From assembly GCF_001194135.2 (NCBI RefSeq), contig NC_068984.1:61331096-61363098 (forward strand): a DNA stretch of 32,003 bases, written 5' to 3'. Each line of letters opens with the position of its first letter. Positions within the stretch are counted from its first letter, which is position 1. Of the stretch, positions 1 through 11,968 are shown in pieces. Below the pieces are notes generated by a model that saw only the letters and a list, made by a program, of their open reading frames with translations, made no database searches and was not told where the DNA came from. Made by a program: the position numbers and the translations under genes. The stretch is from Octopus bimaculoides. Taxonomy: Eukaryota.

Positions 1-40
<40 letters not shown>

Positions 41-56
41 TTATCTGTTTGTCTGC

Positions 57-89
<33 letters not shown>

Positions 90-90
90 A

Positions 91-126
<36 letters not shown>

Positions 127-235
127 GTCTGTCTGTCTGTCTGTCTGTCTGTATATCTATCTACCTGTCTATACACTCACACACATACACACACATATGT
201 ATAGACATTCATGGATACACACACACTCATATAGT
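1..235. repeat. Compound microsatellite (CTAT)n/(CT)n/(CTGT)n/(CA)n
   Basis: Directly visible tandem di- and tetranucleotide runs. Confidence 0.95.
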
Positions 236-1360
236 TATTATTAAGCGATTATTAACCCGGACAAAATATTTCTTACGCTATCTGTTAATACAAATATACT
301 AGTCTAACAAAAGGCTTTTTGATCTGTACAGAACGCCAGGTTATCTTAAGGTTGTCCACTACCAGTTGAAGTCGACTTTCAAATCCAATATGATATCTTT
401 GCACAGAGTAACAAACACGAAAGGAATAAATAATGGATTTTATCCATTTATTTATTGGAGTATTGTCGACTTACAACTATAAATAAATAAATGTATAAAA
501 CTCAGAAATTAGCCCACGCAAGTGTTTCCATCCTTAACGTCTTACATTCTAAAGAAGTAGGGCCGCATCCAGATCATGACTCCTGAGTGGCCTTCTACAC
601 CTTTAGCCACTCTGACATCAGAAACTGGTGCATTTAAATCGTATAGAGATTTTAGTTCACAAGATCTATTTGGAACTCCTCTCCTCGCTATATTAATATC
701 AATTTGATAACAATAGCATGATTATATTTTTTAATATATAAATTGACCCGTTGATAATTCAGCAAATATTGTCCTCACGGCAATATAACTCATCCTTTAG
801 AAGATATGATATGAATTGTAAACATTGACATTCTGTTATTAAATTTAAGTTCATAAAATTAGAATATTCATTGCGGTCTTAATGTCTTTATAACAAATTA
901 TAAGAATTCTCTATTATAAAGTCTCTGACATACATTCACAGATCATCCTCTATTTCAATTATCGGCACTTTCAAGTTCCATAGATTACATATATGTATAT
1001 ATTATTAATGATCGTTAACAGTAAACACCTTCACAGATAAGGAGTAGCCATTAATCTTATCATATGTCATAGTCTGGGTTCCAGAGAATGATTTCGCCTA
1101 GTAATGTTACACTACTTGGTAGGCTTCCATATCTTCCTTTTGGCTAATTGGTCTTTTATGGCGGTTGACAATTGTTCATGAAATTGTGTATTGAGTGATA
1201 AACATATATGTCTGACAAACAATTTATTTATAATTACTTTTCTCTTAGTAGGCCAATATTTCATTATCTCGTTATTCAGAATTTTACAGTCATAAATTTA
1301 CACAATTTATTTCTGAAACGAATGAAACTGACCGCTAATAACTGTAATAATGCCGATTAT

Positions 1361-1712
1361 GTACACACACCCACACACCCACACACACATATACACACAC
1401 ACACACGCACACACACAGAAGCACACACACACATACATACACTACATGTGTAAGTATGTGTATACATATTTTCACATGCATATGACGAAAGCCATCGTAC
1501 ATATACACATAATTATACATGTGTGTATATGCTTATATATATTTTTAATATGATTTTGCGTATACATCCATCCATCTGTCCATCCATCCATTCATACATA
1601 CATGCATACCTACCTACCTACCTACCTACCTACCTACCTACCTACATACATACATATATACATACATGCATACATACATACATACATACATACATACGTA
1701 CGTACATACATA
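1361..1712. repeat. Compound microsatellite (CA)n, (ATCC)n, (TACC)n, (TACA)n
   Basis: Directly visible; it accounts for the HT/YI/PTYL-rich spurious ORFs here. Confidence 0.95.
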
Positions 1713-2170
1713 CACAAATGTATACATAAAGCTGAAGATCAGTGGAAAAAAGAATACCTACGCAGAACTATTGGGAAATCTGCAGTTATTCTATCCAGAC
1801 TACAAGTTCTGGTTTATACCTGTAAGTATGGGGTCCCATGAATATGTAACACACTGCCTAAACACCAATCTTGATAAATTAGGCTCCTCAAAATCAGAAA
1901 CGAGAAAGCTAATTCGAAGACTACAGATCCAGTCCATCACTGGAACAGTAAAAATCTGTAAAACTTATCAGAGGTTTATCAATTAAATATATATGAGCCT
2001 GACTAGATATGCAACTATATGCATGAGAATACATACATAAAGCAAAACCTACAAATCTTCACATATACATACATACGTACATACATACGTACATACATAC
2101 ATGCCTACATAATATCAAAATACTCAAACAAAACTAGAGAATGATATACATACATACATGCATACATCCA
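1713..2170 (+). mobile_element. 5'-truncated non-LTR retrotransposon 3' end, R4/Dong-like (restriction-like endonuclease clade): ORF C-terminus plus 3' UTR
   Basis: The open frame to 1986 reads KLKISGKKNTYAELLGNLQLFYPDYKFWFIPVSMGSHEYVTHCLNTNLDKLG...LQIQSITGTVKICKTYQRFIN*. This fits the C-terminal RLE pattern K..Y..L...L..LYP.Y....IP...G..G.V....L..LG....LQ...GT.KI. It is followed by a UTR with ACAT repeats. The 3' boundary is approximate. Confidence 0.8.
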
Positions 2171-2189
2171 TATATACATACATACATGC

Positions 2190-2221
<32 letters not shown>

Positions 2222-3153
2222 NNNNNNNNNNNNNNNNNNNNNNNNNNNNNNNNNNNNNNNNNNNNNNNNNNNNNNNNNNNNNNNNNNNNNNNNNNNNNNN
2301 NNNNNNNNNNNNNNNNNNNNNNNNNNNNNNNNNNNNNNNNNNNNNNNNNNNNNNNNNNNNNNNNNNNNNNNNNNNNNNNNNNNNNNNNNNNNNNNNNNNN
2401 NNNNNNNNNNNNNNNNNNNNNNNNNNNNNNNNNNNNNNNNNNNNNNNNNNNNNNNNNNNNNNNNNNNNNNNNNNNNNNNNNNNNNNNNNNNNNNNNNNNN
2501 NNNNNNNNNNNNNNNNNNNNNNNNNNNNNNNNNNNNNNNNNNNNNNNNNNNNNNNNNNNNNNNNNNNNNNNNNNNNNNNNNNNNNNNNNNNNNNNNNNNN
2601 NNNNNNNNNNNNNNNNNNNNNNNNNNNNNNNNNNNNNNNNNNNNNNNNNNNNNNNNNNNNNNNNNNNNNNNNNNNNNNNNNNNNNNNNNNNNNNNNNNNN
2701 NNNNNNNNNNNNNNNNNNNNNNNNNNNNNNNNNNNNNNNNNNNNNNNNNNNNNNNNNNNNNNNNNNNNNNNNNNNNNNNNNNNNNNNNNNNNNNNNNNNN
2801 NNNNNNNNNNNNNNNNNNNNNNNNNNNNNNNNNNNNNNNNNNNNNNNNNNNNNNNNNNNNNNNNNNNNNNNNNNNNNNNNNNNNNNNNNNNNNNNNNNNN
2901 NNNNNNNNNNNNNNNNNNNNNNNNNNNNNNNNNNNNNNNNNNNNNNNNNNNNNNNNNNNNNNNNNNNNNNNNNNNNNNNNNNNNNNNNNNNNNNNNNNNN
3001 NNNNNNNNNNNNNNNNNNNNNNNNNNNNNNNNNNNNNNNNNNNNNNNNNNNNNNNNNNNNNNNNNNNNNNNNNNNNNNNNNNNNNNNNNNNNNNNNNNNN
3101 NNNNNNNNNNNNNNNNNNNNNNNNNNNNNNNNNNNNNNNNNNNNNNNNNNNNN
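2222..3153. other. Assembly gap (N run)
   Basis: Run of N. Other gaps are at 3793-4011, 5885-6119, 11969-12551, 13609-13767 and 23867-23876, mostly flanked by microsatellites. Confidence 1.
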
Positions 3154-3299
3154 ATAGTTTTCATGATCACTATATACGTAATACCCTTAAATTTTACACC
3201 CTATCCAGAGCCCCTGAATTCAATATTGACATTATTTCATGATTTTTGTGGAAAATAATTACATCTCATTTTATTTATTTAACATACCTCTTATTGTGA

Positions 3300-3720
3300 A
3301 AACAATGGTTAGAGTATTGTTGTTGTCTGTACCACTATACTGTTACTCTAATCAGACTAAAAGTAATAAACCTATTTGACCCATATACCTAGGGCTGTAA
3401 TTACTCAACATTAATTCCTCAACACTTTGATAGTAGTAAAATGACCTGATACTACTATGACCAGTGAAACCTTTAGATTCTAATACATTTTATAGCTTTG
3501 TCCATGCATACTGCTTACACCTTCCCTCTCTTTAGAAGTAATTGTCCCTTTGCTATCACCACTAGATAAGAAACAATAAAATCTGGGACAGTTAAAACTT
3601 TTGTCTAGAATCAATTACTAGCCTGATAGACTCGGCTATGTCAAGATGGACTTATGTATTCTTCCTCACATTTGGATTTTTATGTATTCTCTCTCCCACT
3701 TGGATTTGAAATGTTGCCAC
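3300..3720 (-). mobile_element. Possible highly decayed LINE apurinic-endonuclease (RTE-like) fragment
   Basis: Minus-strand pieces HLDIAESIRL and FLSSGDSKGTITSKEREGVS loosely follow the APE order LDI..(S)E.R ... F..SG......GVG. There are many stops, so support is weak. Confidence 0.25.
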
Positions 3721-4532
3721 ATTTATAATATGTCTTTTCTACAGTAATTTTTTTCTACATTTTCGTGCAGCTGAAGATTGCTCTTCATATTGNNNNNNNN
3801 NNNNNNNNNNNNNNNNNNNNNNNNNNNNNNNNNNNNNNNNNNNNNNNNNNNNNNNNNNNNNNNNNNNNNNNNNNNNNNNNNNNNNNNNNNNNNNNNNNNN
3901 NNNNNNNNNNNNNNNNNNNNNNNNNNNNNNNNNNNNNNNNNNNNNNNNNNNNNNNNNNNNNNNNNNNNNNNNNNNNNNNNNNNNNNNNNNNNNNNNNNNN
4001 NNNNNNNNNNNTATATATATATATATACAGAGAGAGAGAGAGAGAGAGAGAGATGTACGTGTGTGTATGTGTGTGTAATCGTTGCATTTAATATGAATAC
4101 AGTGACATAGTAGAATACTATAATTACTGGAAGGATAAATTGGATAAATTATTTTCCCATCAGTAAATATTGCATTCTCTCTCTGTTTGCAATTCTCAGA
4201 TGTCGACATTGCTTCTTTTACTTTTGGGTGGGGAGTGGGTTTTTTTGTGTAATACTTTAAATACCAGTCACGTTCTCAGCTTGATTCTATGATTTGTGCA
4301 TTTGTAATTGTGTATAATTATATGAAGAATGTAATATCCTTTATAAATATATAAATATACATTGTATGACAGAAGTATATAGAAAGTTGCTTTCTATCAG
4401 AATATTAAATACTTTGCCTAATAACCCATGATGTAGTTGTGTAGACATATGATGAACGTTGTACAACTTAATCGTCCATCTGTTATTCACTTTTCTGTAT
4501 GTCCTTCCCTTTTTCAGTATAAGTACAGGATA

Positions 4533-4770
4533 GGCGCAGGCGTGGGTGTCTGGTATAAGCGCAGGCGTGGCCATGTGGCAAAAGTGCAGGTTTGGTTGTG
4601 TCGTAAGAAGCTTACTTCCTTAACCATATGGTTCCGGATTCCGTTCCACTGCGCGTCACCTTCGCCAAATGGCTTTTACTATAGTCTCTGAACGACCAAA
4701 GCCTTGTAACTGGATATGTTAGACTGAAAGACGTCCGTCGTATATGTATATGTTTGTGTGTGTATCTCTG

Positions 4771-4808
<38 letters not shown>

Positions 4809-4961
4809 GTGTGTGTGTTTGTGTGTGTGTATATCTGTTTTTGTCTCTGTTTTTGCCCTCCACCACCGTTTGACAACCGGTGTTGGTGTGTTTACGTTCC
4901 CGTGATTTAACGGTTCGGCAAAAATAACGATGGAAAAAGTACCTGGCTTTTAAACAATAAG
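4533..4961 (+). mobile_element. tRNA-derived SINE (Octopus-type family with internal (GT)n), with triplicated 5' head
   Basis: A-box-like TGG..GTGT.GTAAG and B-box-like GGTTCCGGATTCCGTTCC, then CTGAAAGACGTCCGTCGTATA, an internal (GT)n, and TTGACAACCG...GTTTACGTTCCCGTGATTTAACGGTTCGGCAAAA. The same body occurs inverted at 11663-11968. Confidence 0.85.
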
Positions 4962-5212
4962 ATGTGTGTGTTAACTGATTAAACTGATGATAGAGACAAA
5001 CAGTATAAACAAGGACTAAAATGATATACGAACAAATACGCTGATATAGGCTCATTTAATTAAATTTTAATACAAGTCACGCGGTGATAGAGATTAGAAT
5101 CTGATCGCTACAATAGGCCATAAAATATACAACTGCGCAAATCTATTTCTTTTATAACAACTAGTTTTTTTAACTTGCACGTTTTATTACTAATATGTCT
5201 TTCACGATAATA

Positions 5213-5428
5213 CGGTGAACTAGCAGAGTTGTTAGCACGCCGCTCCGGGCAAAATTCTAAGCGGTATTTTGTCCGCCTTTACGTACTAAATTCAAATCCG
5301 AGCGAACTCGACTTTGCCATTCCGTCTTTGGGGTCGATAAAATAAGTTCCGGTTCAGCACTGGGAATCAAAGTACTCAACTGGACCCGTCATTTGAAATT
5401 GCTGGCTTTCTGTCAAATTTGAAACCAA
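5213..5428 (+). mobile_element. tRNA-derived SINE, second family (diverged copy)
   Basis: GGTGAACTAGCAGAGTTGTTAGCACGCC head, TTCAAATCCG B-box, GGGGTCGATAAAATAAGT core and AAATTGCTGGC...TTTGAAACCAA tail. Homologous to 26650-26857. Confidence 0.8.
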
Positions 5429-5788
5429 CATGTCTATCATGATATGCCTGTATATATGAAACTATACTTCTGTCGAAACTTAATTCCAACTTCTCTATAT
5501 ATCAACATACATGGGTATATATGTGAATATATTGCCTATGTTTCCTTTTACTTGTGTACGTGTATATGTGGATGCATATATGCGTATCTTGAGTATTTAG
5601 TCAAGTATTTTGTATATATTTGTATCTGTTCGATTAATAATATCTACATTCGAAATTCTTTTATCTTTGATAGTGAAATAGAAAGTAATATAGATTTCAC
5701 GATGCTTATCTAGCAACAGATTCATTTATATAGTCCACTTAGGTTATTGGAGTTGTTATAAGCTGGTTTTGTTTATATGAGCATGAAC

Positions 5789-5791
5789 ACT

Positions 5792-5877
<86 letters not shown>

Positions 5878-6119
5878 TGTATATNNNNNNNNNNNNNNNN
5901 NNNNNNNNNNNNNNNNNNNNNNNNNNNNNNNNNNNNNNNNNNNNNNNNNNNNNNNNNNNNNNNNNNNNNNNNNNNNNNNNNNNNNNNNNNNNNNNNNNNN
6001 NNNNNNNNNNNNNNNNNNNNNNNNNNNNNNNNNNNNNNNNNNNNNNNNNNNNNNNNNNNNNNNNNNNNNNNNNNNNNNNNNNNNNNNNNNNNNNNNNNNN
6101 NNNNNNNNNNNNNNNNNNN

Positions 6120-6154
<35 letters not shown>

Positions 6155-6230
6155 TGTGTATGTGTTTTATGTGTATGGGTGTGTGTGTGTGTGTGTGTGT
6201 GTCTGTGTGTTTATGTGTGTATGTGTATTT
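5789..6230. repeat. (CT)n(AT)n - gap - (AT)n(GT)n microsatellite cluster
   Basis: Directly visible. Confidence 0.95.
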
Positions 6231-8117
6231 CATAAACTTTATTTATAACGATATAATATTTAAATCAGCGTCCAATATTAAAAAATGAAGATGTCTGGTC
6301 CACTGCTCATTGGTACCTTGTAACACACACAAAAATAATTTATCTTTGAATATATGTGTATTTTAGCTTCTGCTGCATGTTTCATTTGTTGTATTACTAG
6401 GAAATGTAAAAAAGGGGATTTTTGTAAATGTGTGATTAAAATAACGCCCAACAGTATTGTTAATAGTCCTCAGTGGAAGAAAATCACCCACTACTTCACT
6501 GAACAATACAACACCCTGGATGAAATATTTGTATCACATGGTTTAATACTCCGGCCAATAATATATTAGTCATGAGGAGCTTTTTTAACTATATCTTGGT
6601 ATCTTGAAAATAACTGCAACAACTGCCATCCATATTTGAATCAGATGTTCTGAATCTATATGGACAATGGGACAAATAATTGCACCGATCATCCACCTCT
6701 ACACTCAAGATGTAATGTAGACATAAATCGCAAAATTTATGTTGCTGCGATTTATGGGGCAAGGGGTACTCAATAATATCTTAATAATATCCCAATCATG
6801 AATGTTTGTAGTCTTTCAATTGAGATTGCAATGCAAAACATCATTATTAATGGCATCCGGTTAGTTTTAATTCTATTATGATCAAAAGGGTTGGTGGGTT
6901 GAATAATTTATGTTTGCACGCATTGCAGAGCGATGTAGTATCTACTTGTGTCAACGTGCCACTGAAGACTGGATAGGAAAATAATACGGATGAGAGTGTA
7001 AAGGTATTGTAGCCACCCACCACAACCCACATAGAACCACATATACGCGCCGCCTGTTCTGAGGTAGATATAGGGCTGCTGCATGTACATGAAAATTGTT
7101 TCAACCAGATATTGAAAGCTAATCGCTGTTTTCCAGTTGATGAGAACTTCCTTGTTACATTGATAATATTGTCACTTTGTCACAATCAATTTGTATTTCA
7201 GTCGACAAATGGGTGAAAAAAAAAAAAAGAAAATAAGTACTTGACGTGCCAATTTTTTTGCGTTCAAATGCATTGATTTGTTATCGTGATATTTCTTAAT
7301 CAGATCATTTTACAGTCTGTTGATAATGTGATGGAAAAAACAACATATCACAATCAGCACTTGTAGACATCGAGATTTTATTTGCTCCACTTCGCTTAAA
7401 TGATGAGATGTCTTTGGCAGAATATCTTTAATAATTAGTACGATTTTCTTTTTGTGATAAGCGACCTTATATAAAATAAGAAAACAATGTTATTCGAATT
7501 TTCAAACTTAAGTAAATCATTTGTAAATTCTAGTTCAGACAGAATGGTCAGAAAACAAAATAAATATGATAAAGTAAATAGAAGATAAAAATAAACCTGA
7601 TAGTAATCATATCAAGGAAGTGCCTTGACTGTCAGAATATATTGTAGAAATAAAAGTTAGGTAATCTGTGTATAAAATAATTTCCTTTCTGAAGAATTAC
7701 GCTAATATTGTTGTATGGTCACGAGTAATTACGATCTTAAGATTTTTCTTTCCTTTTTTGTTTTTGAAAAGTTGAGACATATTCATTGTAACAAACCATG
7801 CAAAATATGCTGCAGTTCTTAACAATACATAAAAATATATAAACTTCAACCAAAACATAACATTAAAAATTAAAATATATTAGCTTGATAGAGATATCAT
7901 GGACTAATTATCTCCTTTTATATTCCGAGAATAAAAGCTTTCCACACTAACTTTTTCTTTGATCTGCTTAAAATATTTGCTTGAAACATTCGTTTTATGT
8001 TTTGTTTTTTTAAAGAACTACTTAATGTAACTCCCACACATATACTGTTCAAAATATGTCATCAGTTTTTTGTTTTTTTTTCAAAAAAGCAATTTAAATT
8101 ATCTGATTTGCTTTTAG

Positions 8118-8370
8118 AAACCAGCCAGTAACAACCGAGACACCGCTTGGATTCCACATATTTCAGCTTCAACTTTTCGTCGGAAAAATATTGCAGTGTC
8201 ACATGTATGTAGGCCGAATGATTAGGAAGTGTATGAAATGAATATTAACTTGCTTCCTTTGAAGGTGTGAAAAGGCGTGCTGTCATGATGCATTAGCCAA
8301 TTTCAGTTGCCCTTCGGTTCTGTACTTTAGCTGTAAATATTTCCATAAGTGTTTCAGCATAAATCAATTA
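8118..8370 (-). mobile_element. Mariner (DD34D-type) transposase relic, catalytic-domain fragment
   Basis: Minus frame NWLMHHDSTPFHTFKGS...SYTS*SFGLHTCDTAIFFRRK corresponds to mariner W.LHHDNAPAH ... PYSPDLAPCDF.LFPKLK. It aligns with 9570-9860. Confidence 0.7.
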
Positions 8371-9035
8371 TAAAGGCTCACTATACGAATATTTCCAAGT
8401 GTTAGTGGTTTAAATCACTAACGCTTTAAATATCATACAAAAGAGAATAGTCTTGAAGTTAATGATAGTATACTACTATCCGATCGGATAATAATTCAGA
8501 AACCAAGTTATTCTTTTGAACGGTTCAGCCTTTGAAATCCGACACAACTTATGTGTTTTATATGTTTCCTGAACAATTATCATTGAGTGAGTACAGTTTA
8601 TTGCAATTAATTACACTAAACCTGCGTTCTATAAATAGATCTTTACTCTATTCAACTTTTAGCTTTCTGTATTGCTTTTTGTATTGTATACGTAGATGCT
8701 TCATTCAAATTAAATATACTTTACTCGAGGATCTGTTTCGAACAGAATTGACTGCTACTCCCTTAAGGTTCTCGCTTTGCTGTCTTCCAAGTCGGCTTAG
8801 TCAGATAGCCAATTGTCTTTAAGTAAGCATCATTATCATTGGGCGATCCATTGTTCGGTTAGATTCTATCGGCTAATCTGTGCTGGAAGTTGGATGTGAT
8901 GTGTTGAATGTCTACTAATTATTTGCTACAACACTGTGGACGTTAAACTACTAGTAGTGTATCTCAGATTTCGCATGTCAAACGATGAGAGAAAAAGTTA
9001 TTCTGTGATCATACATGTCTCTGTTTGTTTTTCAG

Positions 9036-9091
9036 AGTGTTGCTCTTAACAGACCACAATACACTACGATCTTCCTGTCCTTTTGTAAACG
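9036..9091 (+). CDS. Candidate short exon of an unidentified gene (phase 0 to 2)
   Basis: Acceptor gtctctgtttgtttttcag| and donor G|gtagta; reads SVALNRPQYTTIFLSFCK(R). No homology recognised. Confidence 0.3.
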
Positions 9092-9349
9092 GTAGTATAA
9101 TTGGAAGAATTTACTACTCATGTTTAGCGTGCCTAGCGACAATATAGAGCCTTCTTTGTATTCTATACACTTAATGTTGATATATGCTTGTTAAAATTTA
9201 GAACCGATAATTGAAATGCTAGTTCGTTAGCACTGCTTTTATCTTTCTCAAAATTTCTGTGCACAAGCAACCTTTAAATCTGTATAGAATTATCGTATGT
9301 GTTGTTTTTAACAATTTTCTAACATTATTTCTTTTTCTCCATAAATCAG

Positions 9350-9397
9350 AAATACAATGGATGATATGGAAGAAATGAACAAAGACGATAAGAGATG
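9350..9397 (+). CDS. Candidate short exon of an unidentified gene (phase 2 to 2)
   Basis: CTAAC branch point, polypyrimidine tract and cag| acceptor; donor TG|gtacct. It joins in frame to 9036-9091 giving RNTMDDMEEMNKDDKR(W). Confidence 0.35.
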
Positions 9398-9400
9398 GTA

Positions 9401-10085
9401 CCTGACGTGTTACAGACAACGGCTGCAAAATGAGCACTTACGTTCCAGTATATAACATATTTCGTATGTAACTTATATTCAGGAACCTTTCCCTCTACAA
9501 CAGAGGCATTGGATGCATACATAATATTTACAGCACGTCGTGCTCGAGTCATATCCACTGTAGAAGACGTCGTCTGGAAAACCATTCATTTACAACCGAA
9601 ATAGCGCTAAGATTTCACCTATCATTTCAATGTACACCTTTCCAACCTCAATTTTATTTTGGAAAATATTGCAAAGTCACTTGTAGTTAGGCCGAATGAT
9701 TATGGAGAATGTGAAATGAACATTATGTTATCCGTTTTCAAATGTTGCTTCCTTTTGGGGAGTTATGGAATGGCATGCTGTCATGATGAAACAGCTAATT
9801 GCAGCTGCACTTGGGTTCAGTCCTTTAACCATAAATCTTTCCTAAAGCGTTTCCAAACATCACACTAAAACTTGAAACTGGTTGACCTGAGCGTTCATCG
9901 GCTTCAACTGATATTCGACTAGCCTTTCAGCGCGCGCGCAACTATCACCAGATGCATATGTCCAATATAACGCTTGCCAGAAGCGTCTTGAGACGATTGA
10001 AGAAACTTGGTAGCAAATCTGCAGTGATTCATGCTGAATTTGATATAGCCATCTTAAAAATGTTAAAGCTGTTCTAACACACCGC
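9401..10085 (-). mobile_element. Mariner (DD34D-type) internally deleted, decayed element
   Basis: Minus-strand motifs TKFLQSSQ, LFHHDSMPFHNS, SHSP*SFGLTTSDFAIFSKIKLRL, VNEWFS and YASNASVVEG are in mariner order (ETK.QS.QW, LHHDNAPAH, HPPYSPDLAPSDF, CIA.NG.YFEG). TA dinucleotides and weak terminal inverted similarity lie at both ends. Confidence 0.7.
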
Positions 10086-11662
10086 TACGAAACCTTACGT
10101 TCAAACTTTAAATAATTTAAAGTACATGAAGTATATTTGTAGATTGACTCAGTAGACTGGCTGACAGTATTGTTATTTGAGTACATATTTCCGTTGTAAA
10201 CTGCAATGAAAGAATGTACCTTCTCGAAATCTGATAATATTTCAGATATATATTTAAATCAATATTTAAACGTGTTATATGTTTAAACAGCTTACTCATT
10301 TTGAAAGTACATCGTTTATATTGTATTAGATTACCCATATATGAGAAACCAACAAAATGACAAAAGAAAAAAAAAAGATTTCGTTCATGTTCAGCATATC
10401 ACAAGAATTTGACAAGTAAGTGGATTTAAATGGTGATGTTTTCATTTAATTATCAGAAAGAAACGCATACAGTTCTAGAAATTACAATATCTTAAATGGT
10501 ACGTATAGTTTTTTTTACACTGAGAACATAATATAATTACCAACTTCATAAATATATTTACAAAGTAAATGAATCTAGATGAAATTTTTAGACAAGGTTC
10601 ATGAATATATATTTGAAGATGCAGGAGAAAGAGAAACGAAACATTTTCAAGCAAAATAACAGGATTCCACTTCTAAAAAATCACAAATCATTCGTTTATT
10701 TCTCGTTATATTTTTAATTTAATTAAAAAAACAATAGGTTTACTAAGAAATATTGCTGTTTGATAATAGTGTTAATTAAATCAATTGCAATCTAGTGCAA
10801 TTCATAGACATTTTAAAACGTTTAATTACTCTGGTATGATAAATTCCAATATACACAAATTGAAGAAAAATGTACATTTGGATAAAGAATTGATGAATAT
10901 GGAGAATATGGATTTTGGAGATAGATTTTTTTTTTACCTAATATCTCTAAGTTACTATGCAGCTGACATATTGCTTAAATGACTTATAAAATTAATTCAA
11001 TCATCGCAAACATGAATCAGATCTTTTAGACATATGGAGAAAAATGTGCGCTTGCGTTGCATTTCAGTCTCAAGTACACCAGAAAATTGTTTGAACCGCC
11101 TGCCACGGGATTAATAATTTTAATTATTTTCCATTTATTTTATACAATCTATTTGTATATTTATATGCATTGTCTGGTTTTCTTTCCCCTTGAATTTATG
11201 TTCAGTTTGAAAAGACAAAGAGCAATCATTGAAAGATTATCTTAGGAGAAGAAATATTTTGTCTGTGTCTTTTATTAACACCGTTCTAGTGACAAGATAA
11301 CAGAAAGTTAGTCGTAGTATATATTATTTCAGTAAATATTTCGCATTTAATCATGTGCGCACGTTTGATGTTTCTACTTTCGTGGTTTTATATTAGCTTA
11401 TAACATATTATATTAGGGACGCAAACCAATAGTACGTAGTTGTACTGACAAAATTACAGAATCGATTTTACATTTTCCATTCTGTTTTATTGTAAATAAT
11501 ACAATAGTAAATATTCAACTATAGATACACTTGCATTCACAATTCAATGCAAAATTGTATCCTATTTTGCTTAAAACATACAATGGTCCAGATTTGCAAA
11601 ATTACTGTGAAGTGGTTAATCTTCCCTTTCAATTTCGCGCTATTTTGGTGCCAGCCAAACAG

Positions 11663-11860
11663 ACTCTCTTTTTTACTCTTTTAAACTTTTAGTTGTTTCA
11701 GTCATTTGACTGCGGCCATGCTCGAGCAAATCGACCCCAGGTCCTATTCTTTGTAAGTCTAGTACTTATTTTATCGGTCTCTATTGTCGAACCGCTAAGT
11801 TACGGGGACGTAAACACACTAGTATCAGTTGTCAAGCGATGTTGGAGGGACAAACATACA

Positions 11861-11904
<44 letters not shown>

Positions 11905-11968
11905 TATATATACATACATATATACGTCGGGCTTCTTTCAGTTTCTGTCTAACAAATCCACATACAAG
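11663..11968 (-). mobile_element. tRNA-derived SINE (same family as 4533-4961), 3' part; 5' head lost in the gap
   Basis: Reverse complement of the shared body (CCGAACCGCTAAGTTACGGGGACGTAAACAC-like segment; GGGCTTCTTTCAG), an internal (CA)n and an (ACTCTTTT)-repeat tail. Confidence 0.85.

Noticed and set aside
500-1200. Possible RTE- or Penelope-like relic on the minus strand (EW...RRPL...W and PRL-like fragments)
   Set aside because: The motifs are too short and interrupted to assign by eye; a Dfam or translated search is needed.
1208-6248. Many long ORFs rich in X, HT, YI, CV or SL (also at 11693-13847, 20296-20691 and 30728-31064)
   Set aside because: They are translations of N gaps and microsatellites, not genes.
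7201-7211. 11-nt micro-exon-like pattern (tttgtatttcag|TCGACAAATGG|gtgaaa)
   Set aside because: Such patterns arise by chance in AT-rich DNA, and there is no supporting context.
8477-8490. Perfect 14-bp palindrome TATCCGATCGGATA
   Set aside because: It is isolated and not clearly beyond chance in 32 kb; no associated feature.
9659-9868. Cys-rich ORF suggesting an EGF/MEGF-like exon
   Set aside because: It is the antisense frame of the mariner relic.
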